NCBI GenBank assembly: GCA_973895155.1
Contig: OZ316898.1
Coordinates: 5,133,079-5,197,078, forward strand
DNA from: Marsupella aquatica
Lineage: Eukaryota; Plantae; Marchantiophyta
Length of the DNA stretch: 64,000 nt
Reading direction: 5' to 3'
The number at the start of each line of letters is the position of its first letter. Position 1 is the stretch's first letter. Below the pieces are notes generated by a model that was not told where the DNA came from, searched no databases, and saw only the letters and a list, made by a program, of their open reading frames with translations. The position numbers and the translations under genes are program-made. Below, in pieces: positions 36,201 through 47,884 of the stretch.

Positions 36201-37296
36201 TGGCGGGCAAGCTGATGAGCAACGCCCAGCAGCTGGAGGAGGCATGCCAGGAGGTAGCGGAGGAGACAGACGCGGCAAAGCAAGAGAACGAATCTCTGCT
36301 GGACCAGGTCCAGCTCCTCAAGGTGGACAATGACAGACTTCGTAAGCAGCGGGATGGCCGCTCCCACTCGGGAGGCTCTGGCAAGCGTGCCAGACATTAG
36401 CGGCGGAGTAGGAATAGAATAGGGTTAGGAATAGCTAAGTCAGGCTATTGGGACAGGCACCTGCCTTAGTTACAGCAGCACTGCCATGCTGTCCAGCCTG
36501 CGTAGATTAGGATCTTCTAATAAGACACAGCCGTTTTTCGGCCTCACAGTCAGATTAGTTAGGACCTAAGTCAGCAAATCTTTGGGCGGGAGGACACTCC
36601 GTTCCTCGGCCCTTAGTATTTAGTGCACCCCTCGGTAGAGGCAGGGGGTTTTTAGTCTCAGAGTTGGACATCCATGGTATGTGCGGGGAGTCCCGACCTC
36701 TAGGAGTGAAAGAGTACCAAGGGGAGGGGGTAGGACTAAGCTCGCCAGGCGAGTGCGGAGCCGGGCTCCGTTGTAGTATACTCCCTCGGCCTTGAACCTG
36801 TTCATTCCAGAGCTGTCGGGTCAACCAAGTGTACGCACATGTCCCCTATGTAGTAAAATCCTTTTCCATTATTTCCTTCGTGTAAATCGAGATTGTATGC
36901 TTGTGTGCGTGTATGTGTGTGTGAATCTCGTGTATAGGTGACAACGCCGGGCAGAACGCACTACCCGAGTCGTGCACGGGGTGCAGCTTGCGGGTATGTG
37001 GTTGCGAGCACGGGTTGAGGACCTGTATCATAGAATCCGGATCAAAGGCGGACAACACGAAGGCTTAGAAGTCCTTAAGCCGGGGTCGATCCTGTTATCG
37101 ACTAAGGTACATTCCGGCGGTGGAACACAAACCATATCTAGGAGATGTCCGTATCTAACAGTAGGCGCACTTAGCGCTAGTTTACGTGAATTAGGTGCAT
37201 TACGTTCTTCCCTCCCTGCCCGAACCCTCATATTTACGAAGGAGGTGCCCGTTTAAAGCTAAAGCCCAAGTTAAGGCCAAGGCTGATGACGTGACA
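33282..37296 (+). repeat. 5' LTR, 4,015 bp
   Basis: Colinear with 45182-47884 plus 51489-52783. About 11 substitutions in the first ~380 bp, mostly transitions. TATAAAA at 33641. Confidence 0.96.
33749..36400 (+). pseudogene. LTR-encoded ORF of about 883 codons (N-terminal domain, Pro/Gln linker, plant-transposon-type domain, coiled coil)
   Basis: ORFs starting 33749, 34451, 34802, 35504 and 35882 are all in one frame. Four of the five internal stops are sense codons in the 3' LTR copy (CAG, TAC, GAA, GAG). Confidence 0.85.
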
Positions 37297-37309
37297 TAGC
37301 CTTTGTTTT

Positions 37310-37328
37310 TGGCGCTAGATGGAGGGGA
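37310..37328 (+). promoter_or_regulatory. Primer binding site (TGGCGCTAGATGGAGGGGA), 13 nt downstream of the LTR
   Basis: Starts with TGG after a T-rich spacer and resembles the TGGCGCTAGAAGGAGG PBS of Tat-group elements. The tRNA identity is not determined. Confidence 0.75.
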
Positions 37329-37537
37329 CACTCTACAGATCGTAGAGGGGAGACATGTGCGTATTCGCCTGGGCAGAATACACCAGGCCCTAGTACTAAC
37401 CATCGCATTTACACGAGTAAATGCCCATCACTCGTTCTCAAGCAGCTTACTTGAGGAGATTGACCAGCGAATGAGAAGGTGCGACCACAACAAGCTCCGA
37501 TTCTTCGGGCTCGGAGGACTCGCAATCGCCCCGACGA

Positions 37538-39554
37538 ATGAACATACCACCGGGACCTTCGGGGTCCAGTTCGAACGGTCCTACTGCGGTTCCTGTGCCA
37601 CCACCGCCACCACCGCCACCACCTATGGCAGCCACCCCACTGATGGCCCGCGCTGCCCAAGCTCCTCCACAAATATCGCAACGATCGCGGTTTCATTATC
37701 AACCTTTCAAAGGGCGTCATGGGGATGATCTGGATGAATGGTTGGATGAGTTTGAAGCCACTGCTAAGGCTAACGGGGAAGACGCCATTAAGTTAACCGT
37801 CCTCCCCGGAGTGATGCGGGGAGAAGCTCATCCATGGTACAACTCGCTGCCACCCGGGACTACCTGGGCACAATTCCAAGCTGCGTTGTTGCAAGAATTT
37901 CGTGCTATTGGATCCGAGCATCGCTCTCTATTAAAGATCGGCCAGCTTTGCATGGGAAAAAAGGAGTCCCTGTGAAAGTTCATTCAGAAGTTTCAGAAAC
38001 TTGCTGCCAAAATATGGCCCAGGCCTGGTGACGCACTCCAGCTTACATGGTTCCTCCATGGTTTGCCCACGAATATGCAATTCTGGGTGCGCCAGAATAA
38101 TCCAATTTCAATGCAAGCAGCCATAGCGTGCGCCGAAACCTACCGGGAGTCCACCTATAACTCCCGGCGAAGCCAACGGGCACGCCGCAAGAAGGGCAAG
38201 TACGAGACCTTCAGTGACAGTGACTCCGAATCAGATGACGAGAAGAAGAAGAAACGCAAGAAGAAGAAGAAACATCGTTCAACCTCGTCCAGTTCGGAGA
38301 CTGAATCTAGTTCGGATTCAACTTTGAACAGCGGGTCCTCCACCTCCAGCTCATCAGGAAGTGATTCGGAGAGTGAGAGCCGAAGCAAGAAGAAGAAAAG
38401 GCGAGTTGGCTGCCGAAGCAGACAAGCTTAACGAAATCACAGATCGCCTCAAAGCACTGTCAATACATCTCGCGGAAAAGCCGGTGGAGAAGAAGAAGCC
38501 ATTTGAGATTCGAGCTCATGCATGGTGTTCAAAGTGCTTCCAATCCGGGCATGTCGTGCAAGAATGTCCAAGATGGAAGAACCGAGTTCACCAGGTAGAC
38601 TTAGATGATGTCGACAACCCGGGACCTGAAGCGGAGTCCACGGAGTATTTCTTTGAAGACCCTCCTGATTCGGTGTATCAGATTTCAACGGTGGGTCTGC
38701 GTAACTTAGCAGGTAGAACTGCATACCCCTACCCAAACAATGGCCGAGGCTTCCAAGTTATCAGTAACCCTAGCATTCCACCTAAACCAGGGATTTGGCG
38801 ATCCCCGGTTTGTTACAACTGTGAGAAACCAGGCCATTTTGCGAGGGAATGCACAGAACCAAGACGCCAGGGGGATGGTCATGGCACGCCACTTTGTCAA
38901 GTCTGCAAAATGGAAGCTCATTCCACGACCAACTGTCCATTGGTAATGGCCGCTCGAACAAATGCAGCAAGACCAGCCCAAGGCGGACCGGCCACGAGTG
39001 ATGCGGTCGTCCAAATGATTGCGGTGGAATGGCAAGATGACAACACCGAGTGGGTGAATCTGGTGGACGTGGCGGAACACCCTAATCCATCTGACGAGGC
39101 TGAGTGCTATCGTGTATCAACAAGAGCCGAACGGAAGGAAGAGAAGCAGGAGGAGAATTGCAGGAAAAAGCAAGATACTACTCCGGTGCAGCCAGCGATA
39201 GATATACCCCCGGAGAAGGATGATGACTACCAACGGGACGACCCGAAGCTATTTTTTCCCCGCATCAAAGAATTGGTAAAGAAACAGCTGGAGGCCTACG
39301 AAGCTCGGGAGTACCAGAAGGCAATCGATAAGGACATCAAAGCAACTGAGACCGCCCGGCGACAGGAGCAAGAAAAGCAAGAAAAGCAAGAGGAAGCCAA
39401 GCAGCAGCCGAAGGAAGAAAAGAAGGAGGACTATGATATTAAGGAAGACGTGAAGAGTTGCCCGGTTACAGCAACGGTAGGACAACTGCTGCAAAACAAT
39501 CCACAGTACAGACGGCAACTGAGGGAGTTGCTTACGGGTCGACGACGGAGATGA
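37538..39554 (+). pseudogene. gag with three zinc knuckles; stop at 37973 and frameshift near 38400
   Basis: FKGRHGDDLDEWLDEFE...MRGEAHPWY...TW..F...LLQEF; CSKCFQSGHVVQEC, CYNCEKPGHFAREC and CQVCKMEAHSTTNC. Confidence 0.9.
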
Positions 39555-41073
39555 CTACCCCGAGTTGGGACCGCGGATTGCAACATGATATGCGAGGACC
39601 TGGGAGCGCCGGACATCTCGATTGAAATTAATAATTGTACCATCAAGATGGTTCTCGTAGACGGAGGAGCGGGAGTCAACATCATGACTGAAGAAACATC
39701 AGTCAAGTTAGGATACCTCACGTATCAACCCACAGCCCGAGCTATCAGATTAGCAAACGGGGCAGGGGTACTTCCATTGGGCACGCTTACACGGGTACTC
39801 ACTCTGGTAGGAGGGGTGGAGTTCTATCTCAACTTCCTAGTCATGAGGCCGGTTCGGCCCTCCTCTTATCCGGTCCTCCTAGGCAGGCCGTGGCTGTACG
39901 GTGGCCGTGTGGTCACGGATTGGGGAAAGAAGGAGCTACGGTTTGGGACACCCACAGTACGGGTATCATGGGCAATGGACGATTATCAGGGTGAAACCCC
40001 ACAGGGACCCGAGGAATATGATTTGGAGACCTCGGAGGAAGAGGAACTCAACATGATTGAACTCATCTCGTCCCTGTCTGAGGAAGATGTCTTCGGAGTT
40101 AAGGCAACCCGCGAAACACATCTCCTGAATTACCCGAAGGCTGCTATTGAGCCCACCCCAAGCACCTCTACTGCCCGGGATGAGGAAACGCAAAAACAAC
40201 TCATCGATACGGAGGACCCGGCTCCAGCTAAGCAAGGAGCCGATGCTGCTTCTACTAGTGTAGAGCCTCATGACCACGAACCAGCCAAACAACCGGCCGA
40301 GGCCGAAAACCCGAGACCGAGACATAAGAAACAAGTCTCCTGGGATCCGCCCATCCCGCAATTGGAGGAAGTAACTCCAATCCCGAGACCAATCCCGGTT
40401 CCACCCATGTACAGAGGAGTTCGGTTAGCTGAACTTGATGCGAGCCTGGACCCGAGCTTGCGGAACCAGGTTGAAGTCATCAGGAAGGAGCACTACCGGA
40501 AGTACACCATTGGGATGGACAAATCGTTTAACCTGGGCCACGCTCTGACGGGGGAGGTGGAAAAATCTATCCAAGCTCTGCTCAAGGAATATGAAGATGT
40601 GTTTGCATGGAGCCATCACGATTTAGCAGGAGTCTCCCCTGAGTTAGGAGAACACACGATCGATTTGAATCTGGGGGCCCATGCAGTACGGCAGTGACAA
40701 CGTCGCATGAACCCAAGGTACTCCATCTTAGTGAAGGAGGAAATTGATCGTCTCCTCGCCGCAGATATCATCTACCCGGTAATGGCCAGCGATTGGGTCT
40801 CTCCCATCGTCATTGTACCAAAAAAGGGAGGAACGGACGGAAAACCTAAGATCCAGATTTGTCAGGACTATTGTAAGTTGAACGACGCAACCTGAAAAGA
40901 CCATTACCCGTTACCATTCACGGATATGGTTCTAGATATGGTAGCCCAAAATGAAATTTATACATTCCTTGATGGGTATTCGGGTTATAACAAAATCTGG
41001 ATTCACCTCTCGGATTAGCTCAAAACAACGTTCACTACGGAATGGGGGACTTTTGCATTTCGGAGAATGCCGT
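39555..41073 (+). pseudogene. pol 5' part: aspartic protease and N-terminal half of reverse transcriptase
   Basis: VLVDGGAGVNIM...LLGRPWL; SDWVSPIVIVPKK, CQDY.KLN, KDHYPLP, LDGYSGYN, TTFTTEWGTFAFRRMP. In-frame TGA stops, probably from CGA. Confidence 0.92.
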
Positions 41074-43250
41074 CACTAGAAGAAAACCACCCATTCTGAG
41101 ACCCTCCCCTATGTGACTTGTGCGAGACCTTCATAAATATGCGACTCCAAGTTTGTGGGTGTCATGTTAGTTACATCATACCAACTAAGTTTTGGTGAGG
41201 TTGTGGGAAGTCATGCTTACAACTTTATCCAATGTCGCTATTGTAACACTGGTAAGTAAGAAATAGGTAAGTTATGTTAGTTACTCCACAATAGTGCAAT
41301 ATGAATTGGACATCATTTTTTAAAATTCCGTCAGCATGCATACCCCATTAGCCAATTTCGGATGCCAATCCCTAATATGCAACTCCCGGTGCAACTACAT
41401 ATTGCACACTCATGGTTGGCGAGGTCCAAATATAATGGGTATAAATATGGGGGTTTTCATCAGAATGGTGGGTACTTTCACTTATAATGTGGATTCATAC
41501 CTGACTATATTTGGCCTTGTTCTTGACCAAAGTGCACTCTCCCCACATTGAACTTTTTGCTAAGTCATTTGCATTGGTTCTTTTATGTCCAAACCAACCT
41601 GTTTGCTAAGTCACTCGATGGCTGCCCACATGTGAGGGGTACTACTTTCCCTCAGGGTCACTGTACCTTGGAGGTTGGTTTTGCAAGAGATTTTGGGGGT
41701 ACTACTTGCCCTAAGTGTTCAGGGTTAGTGTGCCGCAGAGGTTGGTTTTGCGAGGGAAATCGGGAGTCAACGACCTTCATTCCAGCTGCACTCTTCGCGA
41801 ACTTTCTGCAGGGTCGTTTGAAAGTGTTTGAGCGCGACTGGACTTTAGGGTGCAAATGTGTTTAGGATTGGGCCTGCTACGAGCGTCAGTGTGGAGGTCT
41901 GCCAATCAGTTTTGAGGGGAGTCCATTGTCGCTTTTCAACCTGCTGGTGAGCTAAGCTGCTATTGAGTTTCAAGTGAGAGCTGCCGACTTGGAGTTGAGC
42001 TCTACGAGGTGGTGCCTGAGTGTACATCTGCTCGACATACTTTTGGGAGCTCGTAGTTGGTAGGAGGGCCAAGTCGTTGCACAAAAAGTTGCAGCCGTGA
42101 CAGTGCAAACTAGCTAGGCGGAGGCTGGTTACTGCAAGCAAGGCGGAGGATCACTGCGAGCTAGGTGGAGGAATGCTGCGCTGCTTCACATTGTCAAGAG
42201 ACATGCTGCATCGGCCCAAGTAAGGTTGCATTGACCTATCTATCTCTATGTCTATAAGGTCCTAACCGATAGTCTGCTTAGTGAGGTCCTGCTTTAAGCT
42301 ACATTTGTGCGATTGATTGTGTCCTGAGAAGCTTAACCATCACATGGGGGAACGGTAGCGAGAAAGGAGGGGTGGAGCCTGATGGTCGCCAAATATTCAA
42401 ACAGGGTCGCCTTGCTCGATATTGGTCTCATTGTTTTTTGCTACGGTGTGAAGGCGGCGGAGCTTCTAGTCTGACCTTTGAGTGACTTGCGGTGAGCTTC
42501 TAGTGTGGCTATTGAGGTCGACTGACCTGCATTGACCAAGCTGATCAACCTACTGAGCTGCCATTGGGAGTTGGAGGTTGTGTTGCGTTCGATTTTGGAG
42601 TCGGGAGGCTAAATGCGATAGCTCTATTCCGGGCTCTGTTCAGCTAATGTAGACGTTTCTGCTCAGGAGATGAGGTAAAATCTATCAACCTTCAAGCTGC
42701 TGTGAGGTTCATTGAAGAGGGAGGTTGAATGCCTAGCGCTATGAGGTGAGGAAGGAGAGTATGGCCAAGCTGCATCTTTAGGGGTTTTGCTTCAGCTTCG
42801 ACCATCTTTCATCGTCGTAATCGCTGCTCTCGCCTATCGCTACATGGCGGATTGCTGCTCTGCCCTTTTGGCATGGGTCGCCGGCCTGCTGGATGCTATC
42901 TCCAGTCCCGGTGTTGCAGTAGTGTCCCCGACTCTAAGATGGAACAGAGTGTCATCTTTCTTGTTTCCTGCTGCTGCTGATGTATGTCTGTTCTCCCCTA
43001 TTTTTGCTTACTGATTGGTCTCTCCACACTTCTTGCTTGACATGACTGTTTTGCTCCTCCCTGTATCAGAACATGCCTTGTGCCCCGTGCTCTGGCAATG
43101 GGGTGGGGGGGTGAACAGACGGCCTTAAGGTCCACTAAATTTATAGGAACCGTGCAATCGTTCAGCTGATTTTAGCAGCAAGTTCCCTTGCTTTCCCCTG
43201 TTTTTGCTAGGATCCCTCCCCACTAATCACATGCATCCTTTACTTTTCTT
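41074..43250. mobile_element. Truncated CACTA fragment in the RT domain (one terminus only; right boundary approximate)
   Basis: Begins CACTAGAAGAAAACC exactly where RT breaks off. Shares about 130 bp (42960-43092) with 17401-17530 of the large CACTA in inverted orientation. No second TIR seen. Confidence 0.75.
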
Positions 43251-43259
43251 GGTGGCCCG

Positions 43260-45213
43260 TATTACCGTCGGTTCATTAAAGACTTTGCTAAAATAGCGTT
43301 GCCCTTGACTGAAATGATGAAAAAGGACGCGGTGATCGAGGAGACACCCAGGAGACGGATTGCTTTCGAAGAACTCCGTAAAAGACTCACCACCGCACCT
43401 ATCATGGTCACTCCAGACTGGAATAAGGAGTTCCACGTGTATGTCGATGTGTCATGGTTCTGTATTGGATCCGTGCTCAGTCAGCTCGATGAGGACGGAC
43501 GCAACTACCCCATCTACTTCGCTAGCCATCAATTATTCACAGCCAAAAAGAATTATTCCCCCACTGATCGAGAAGCTCTGGGAATAATCTACTCGTGTAA
43601 AAAGTTCCGACACTATCTGCTAGGCTACAAGGTCATATTCCACACGGATCATGATAGCCTGAAGTACATGGTCAACAAAGCGGACGTGACGGGACGGATA
43701 GCCCGGTGGGTGCTACTTCTCCAGGAATTTAACTACGAAGTTCGGGTTCGGCCCGAAAAGGCACACCTCAATGCCGACTTCTTTTCAAGGCTGGACGGCG
43801 TACCAGTCGATCAGCCAATTGATGATATTTTCCCGGATGAGGAGTTGTTCCACGTAGGGGCGGGGATGCCAACGTGGTACGGCTCAATAATCACCTTCCT
43901 CTTAACAGGCCGCATCCCTGACGGCATCAATCAGGAAGCCGCTGCTGTGTTTCTACGGAAAGCCGGGCCTTACGTCATGGTACAGGGTCACCTACATAAG
44001 GAAGGAGTTAATGGGAAGTTACGACGCTGCTTGGAGTATAAGGAGACGCTTATCGTGATGCGGGCCTTGCATGAAGAAGAAGCTGGAGGCCATTTCGCGA
44101 CTATCACGACAGCCCGAAAGATTATGGACTCAGGGTATTGGTGGCCTAAGTTGCATCGGGATGTACAACACTTCATCAAGGGCTGTGACCTGTGTCAGCG
44201 GGCTGGGGCTCCGAGACGAGCTCATCATCACCCTCTCACGTCCGTGCTTCCATTAGCACCATTCAAAAAGTGGGCATTGATTATATCGGGTCATTTACTC
44301 CCGTTACCCGAAGACGAAGATGCAGGTACATCCTACTTGCTATTGATTACTCCACCAAGTGGGTCGAAGCACGGGCTACGGTGAAGGACGACGCCGCAAC
44401 CAGCGCCAGGTTCTTATATGAACAGATTTTCACCCGGTTTGGACCACCCTTAGAGTTGGTAAGCGACCGTGGAACACACTTCCTCCATGACACTGTAGCC
44501 CAGCTTACGGAGTGTTACCTAGTCAAGCACCGCAAGACTACCCTGTATCATCCTAAAGCCAACGGGGTGACAGAGAGAGCAAATGGTATCAATGGGAAGA
44601 TCCTCAACAAAGCTGTAGCTGCGCACAAAACGGATTGGGATGATAAGTTGTACGCAGTAGTGTACTCGTATAATCTAGCTTACAAAACTACTACGAGTCA
44701 CAGCCCGTACTTTCTCGTGTTCGGCCAACATTCGTTGGTGCCCGTCGAGTTTGAGGTACACACTCCACGGGTCAGCATTCGGGATCGCTTACCTGAATCT
44801 GAAAGTTTGTCAGACCGAGCTTATCAGATTGAAGCCTTAGAAGAGGCACGGCTACTAGCAGCTCGACACGCCGTAATGAAGCAGACAACTTCCAAGAAAC
44901 AGCACGACAAAGGACTACGGAAGGTCGACGTCGTGACAGGCGATCTAGTCCTTCTGTATGACAGTAGGTACATGCAGTTTCCAGGGAAGCTTCATACCCG
45001 TTGGTTAGGGCCCTTCCTAGTCAATTAGATCTACCCTAACGGATCTTTGGAGCTTGCGACGTACGCCGGCGATTTACTCCCCACGCGAGTCAGTTATGAT
45101 CGTGTAAAGAAGTACCACCATCAAGACGACGACGCCAAGAGTGATGTTCGCGAGGACGCTTCACAATTAAGCAGGGAGCTATGTGACGCTGCCGGTACGG
45201 CGAGTAATGAGTA
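43260..45213 (+). pseudogene. pol 3' part: RT thumb, RNase H and integrase (HHCC, DDE, GPF); frameshift near 44270; reading frame ends just inside the 3' LTR
   Basis: YYRRFIKDFAKIA.PL, FHVYVD, NYSPTDREALG, HTDH, H...GGH...CDLCQR, GIDYIG, LVSDRGTHF, YHPKANGVTER and WLGPF. Confidence 0.93.
45169..45181 (+). promoter_or_regulatory. Polypurine tract
   Basis: AAGCAGGGAG-CTA immediately before the TGTGAC start of the 3' LTR. Confidence 0.7.
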
Positions 45214-47884
45214 ATTCAGTCTAAACCGTGCTTAGCACGCACGTTAGGGGTATCTTAGGCCGCTATGATTAGCATAACGACAGTATTTAGGTAGCCATTA
45301 TGAGTAGGAAATCATTAGTCAATAAGGGGAATTCATGTTTGGGCTGGCGGCGCGTCGCCATTCGCACGCCCGGGTTACGAGCGTGGAGGGGCCCCTCCCT
45401 CGGGTCCGTATAACAAACTTTGGGAGGCGTCCACTGACACGCGGTGACTCAGACCGGCGAAGTGGCCGGTACACTACAAGCGTGAACGGTTCAGCCTATA
45501 GGCAACGAGGAGATGTCGGGGGATTGACAAGCCCTCAAGGTATACAAAGGGAGTTGACCCTTTGTAGTGCACCAGTCCATCAGTCCACGCGCTAGCTTCG
45601 ACCCCAGCTCTCTCGTTTGCTCTTAGTCGCCACTACTATCTCCTCTGAATGTCACACACGATCCTCTCTAGTTCGGCCATTCGATTCTGGACGCAATTCC
45701 TATCTACCGGAAGACACTTGGCCGACTCATTGAAACACGCCAACCCACGCCGATACAAAATCGAACGTGAGTACGAGAGAGCCATCCGCCTAGCAGGACG
45801 ACACCACTACATCCTTAACTTTGACTACCCGTCTCAGAGCGAGCTTTACCGACCAGCAGAGGTATCTGGGTACTTCTTCAACAGAGACAAATATATCGGT
45901 TTCTGGGAAGCATTGCTTCGGCTTCCGGACGAGGTCTTCAATATCCCGGGTATGATCGACTTGCAACGACATCACTTCGACCACATCCCTGCTCAGGTTT
46001 GGGCTATCATCAACAGCGAGTCCAGCACTACCCGTTCGACAAGGTCGTCTGCACTTGCTTCGGAGAACTTCTACCAGCACCTGCAGAGCTTCATGGGGAC
46101 TAGACCCGCAACCACCGGCGCCGACCCATTCGACCCCATACCCGTACCCGCACCAACGCAGACTCAGGCTCAGCTTCAGTCTCAGTCTCAGCCTAGCCAA
46201 CCCCCACCGCCGATCGCCCCGCCAGCAGTACAAGTACGCTCTGTCATCAACGCTGTGGACCTTAGCGACGATGACGAGGCTACCCCACCCTTGCTCAGGC
46301 GGCCCAGAGGAGCAAACACTTAGGGGGACAACACTACATTGTCCCCTCCCCATGCTCGGACCCAAGGAGCGGCTCCAGCAGACAACACGGTGACCGTGGC
46401 CGCCCTGGGCCCAATACTAACGGCGGTAGCACTACCTATGCCCGATAGAGAGGATGGGGAGGTGTCACCCTCCCCGAGCCAGTCACGGGGGAAGAAGAGG
46501 AAGAAACCCACCACTGCATCCGGGTTACCATTGGCCACGGTAGCCATGGCCAAGGTGACAATGCACCGCATGGGGGAAAACGTGCATAAGAACATCCTCC
46601 ATCCCAAGCATGCGGTGTACCTGAAGACTAAGGGATTTGAGCACCTCGCCTCTCTCCCCTGGAACACTTGCAGGTACTACGGGGAGGACATGACAGAATT
46701 CGTCAAGAATTATGATGACGCACGTCAACATACTCGGCTGCGGGGAAGGAATATGTCCCTCACGGAAGAACGGCTCAAGATGATCTTTGGATTACCCGAA
46801 GGTGACCATCGAGTCGAATCACGGGCTCCCAGGGGCAAGGGAGCCAAGTACCAATCCTCGAGTTTTCCCTCAGAGGGAGCAGTGGACAACGGGTTTGTGA
46901 TGAGGACCTGCCTCATCCCTGAGATAGCTGAGTGACTGGAGTTCCAAAGGTACGCCCTCCACATGATGGAACCCCGGGGGGAGATCTCTGCCGCCCAGGT
47001 TATCCAGGTCGAGAACTATCGACCTAGGAAGTGGGCGTCGTACTTCGCTAAGAAATTCCATGAAGAGATGGAGCGGCGAAGGAAGACGTTGTACATTGGC
47101 GGGAAGGCGTATTTTGCTAGCCACATCAAGATCATTCTTGAGTGGTACGCTCGGTTTGATCGACGAACCCTTCCCCGTGTCAACGTTACAAAGCTGGTCC
47201 CAGCTAGGTGGGTTTTCCCTGCCTTGGAGAGACGGCCCCAACCCGAGGCCCGAAGTCCAGCGGACACGCAAGCTTCACCCACCCCACCTCCACAAGTAGC
47301 TGTAGTCGTAACCGAGGAGGTACCGGATGGGTCGGTTATCGCAACCGTAGATGCAATCCAACAGGCCAAGCTAAGTACAGAAGTCGGTACAGCGGAGGTC
47401 TTACTCGAGCCCGGGTCTCCCAAAGACCCACTGGTGGCTATTCCGGAGAACTGGACATTGCTGCAGGAGGACACTCCAGCCCCTTCCAACATTACGTCCC
47501 CAGGGCTGGATGTCACTGCCCCGGCCCCCGCGCGTGTTGACGTCTGCCCGTGCCCAACTCCGGACAGGCACAACCTGGACCACCCGGAACTCTTCGTACC
47601 GGGTACATTTCTGAACGGGCTTCTGGGAGATTTCTCTCATCAAATTGCCCGGGATACCGGGGAATTCATGGCCCGGAAGGTAGCCTATTTCTTCAATCAG
47701 GAGTTAGTTGCCGTAGTAAAGGCAGGTTGGGCCCAGTCAGAGGCCCTTCAGAGGATAGAGCGGTACCGGGTGGAGTCTGTATACTTAAAGAACAAAGTTG
47801 TGGCTCAAGAGGCTGAGCTTTGCAACTACGACCCAAAGTTGCAGCCGCCGACGAGTTGTTAGCAAAGGCGCACGCCCTTACCGC

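Noticed and set aside
33749-36400. Envelope gene
   Set aside because: No signal peptide or transmembrane segment is evident. It has basic NLS-like patches and a coiled coil instead.
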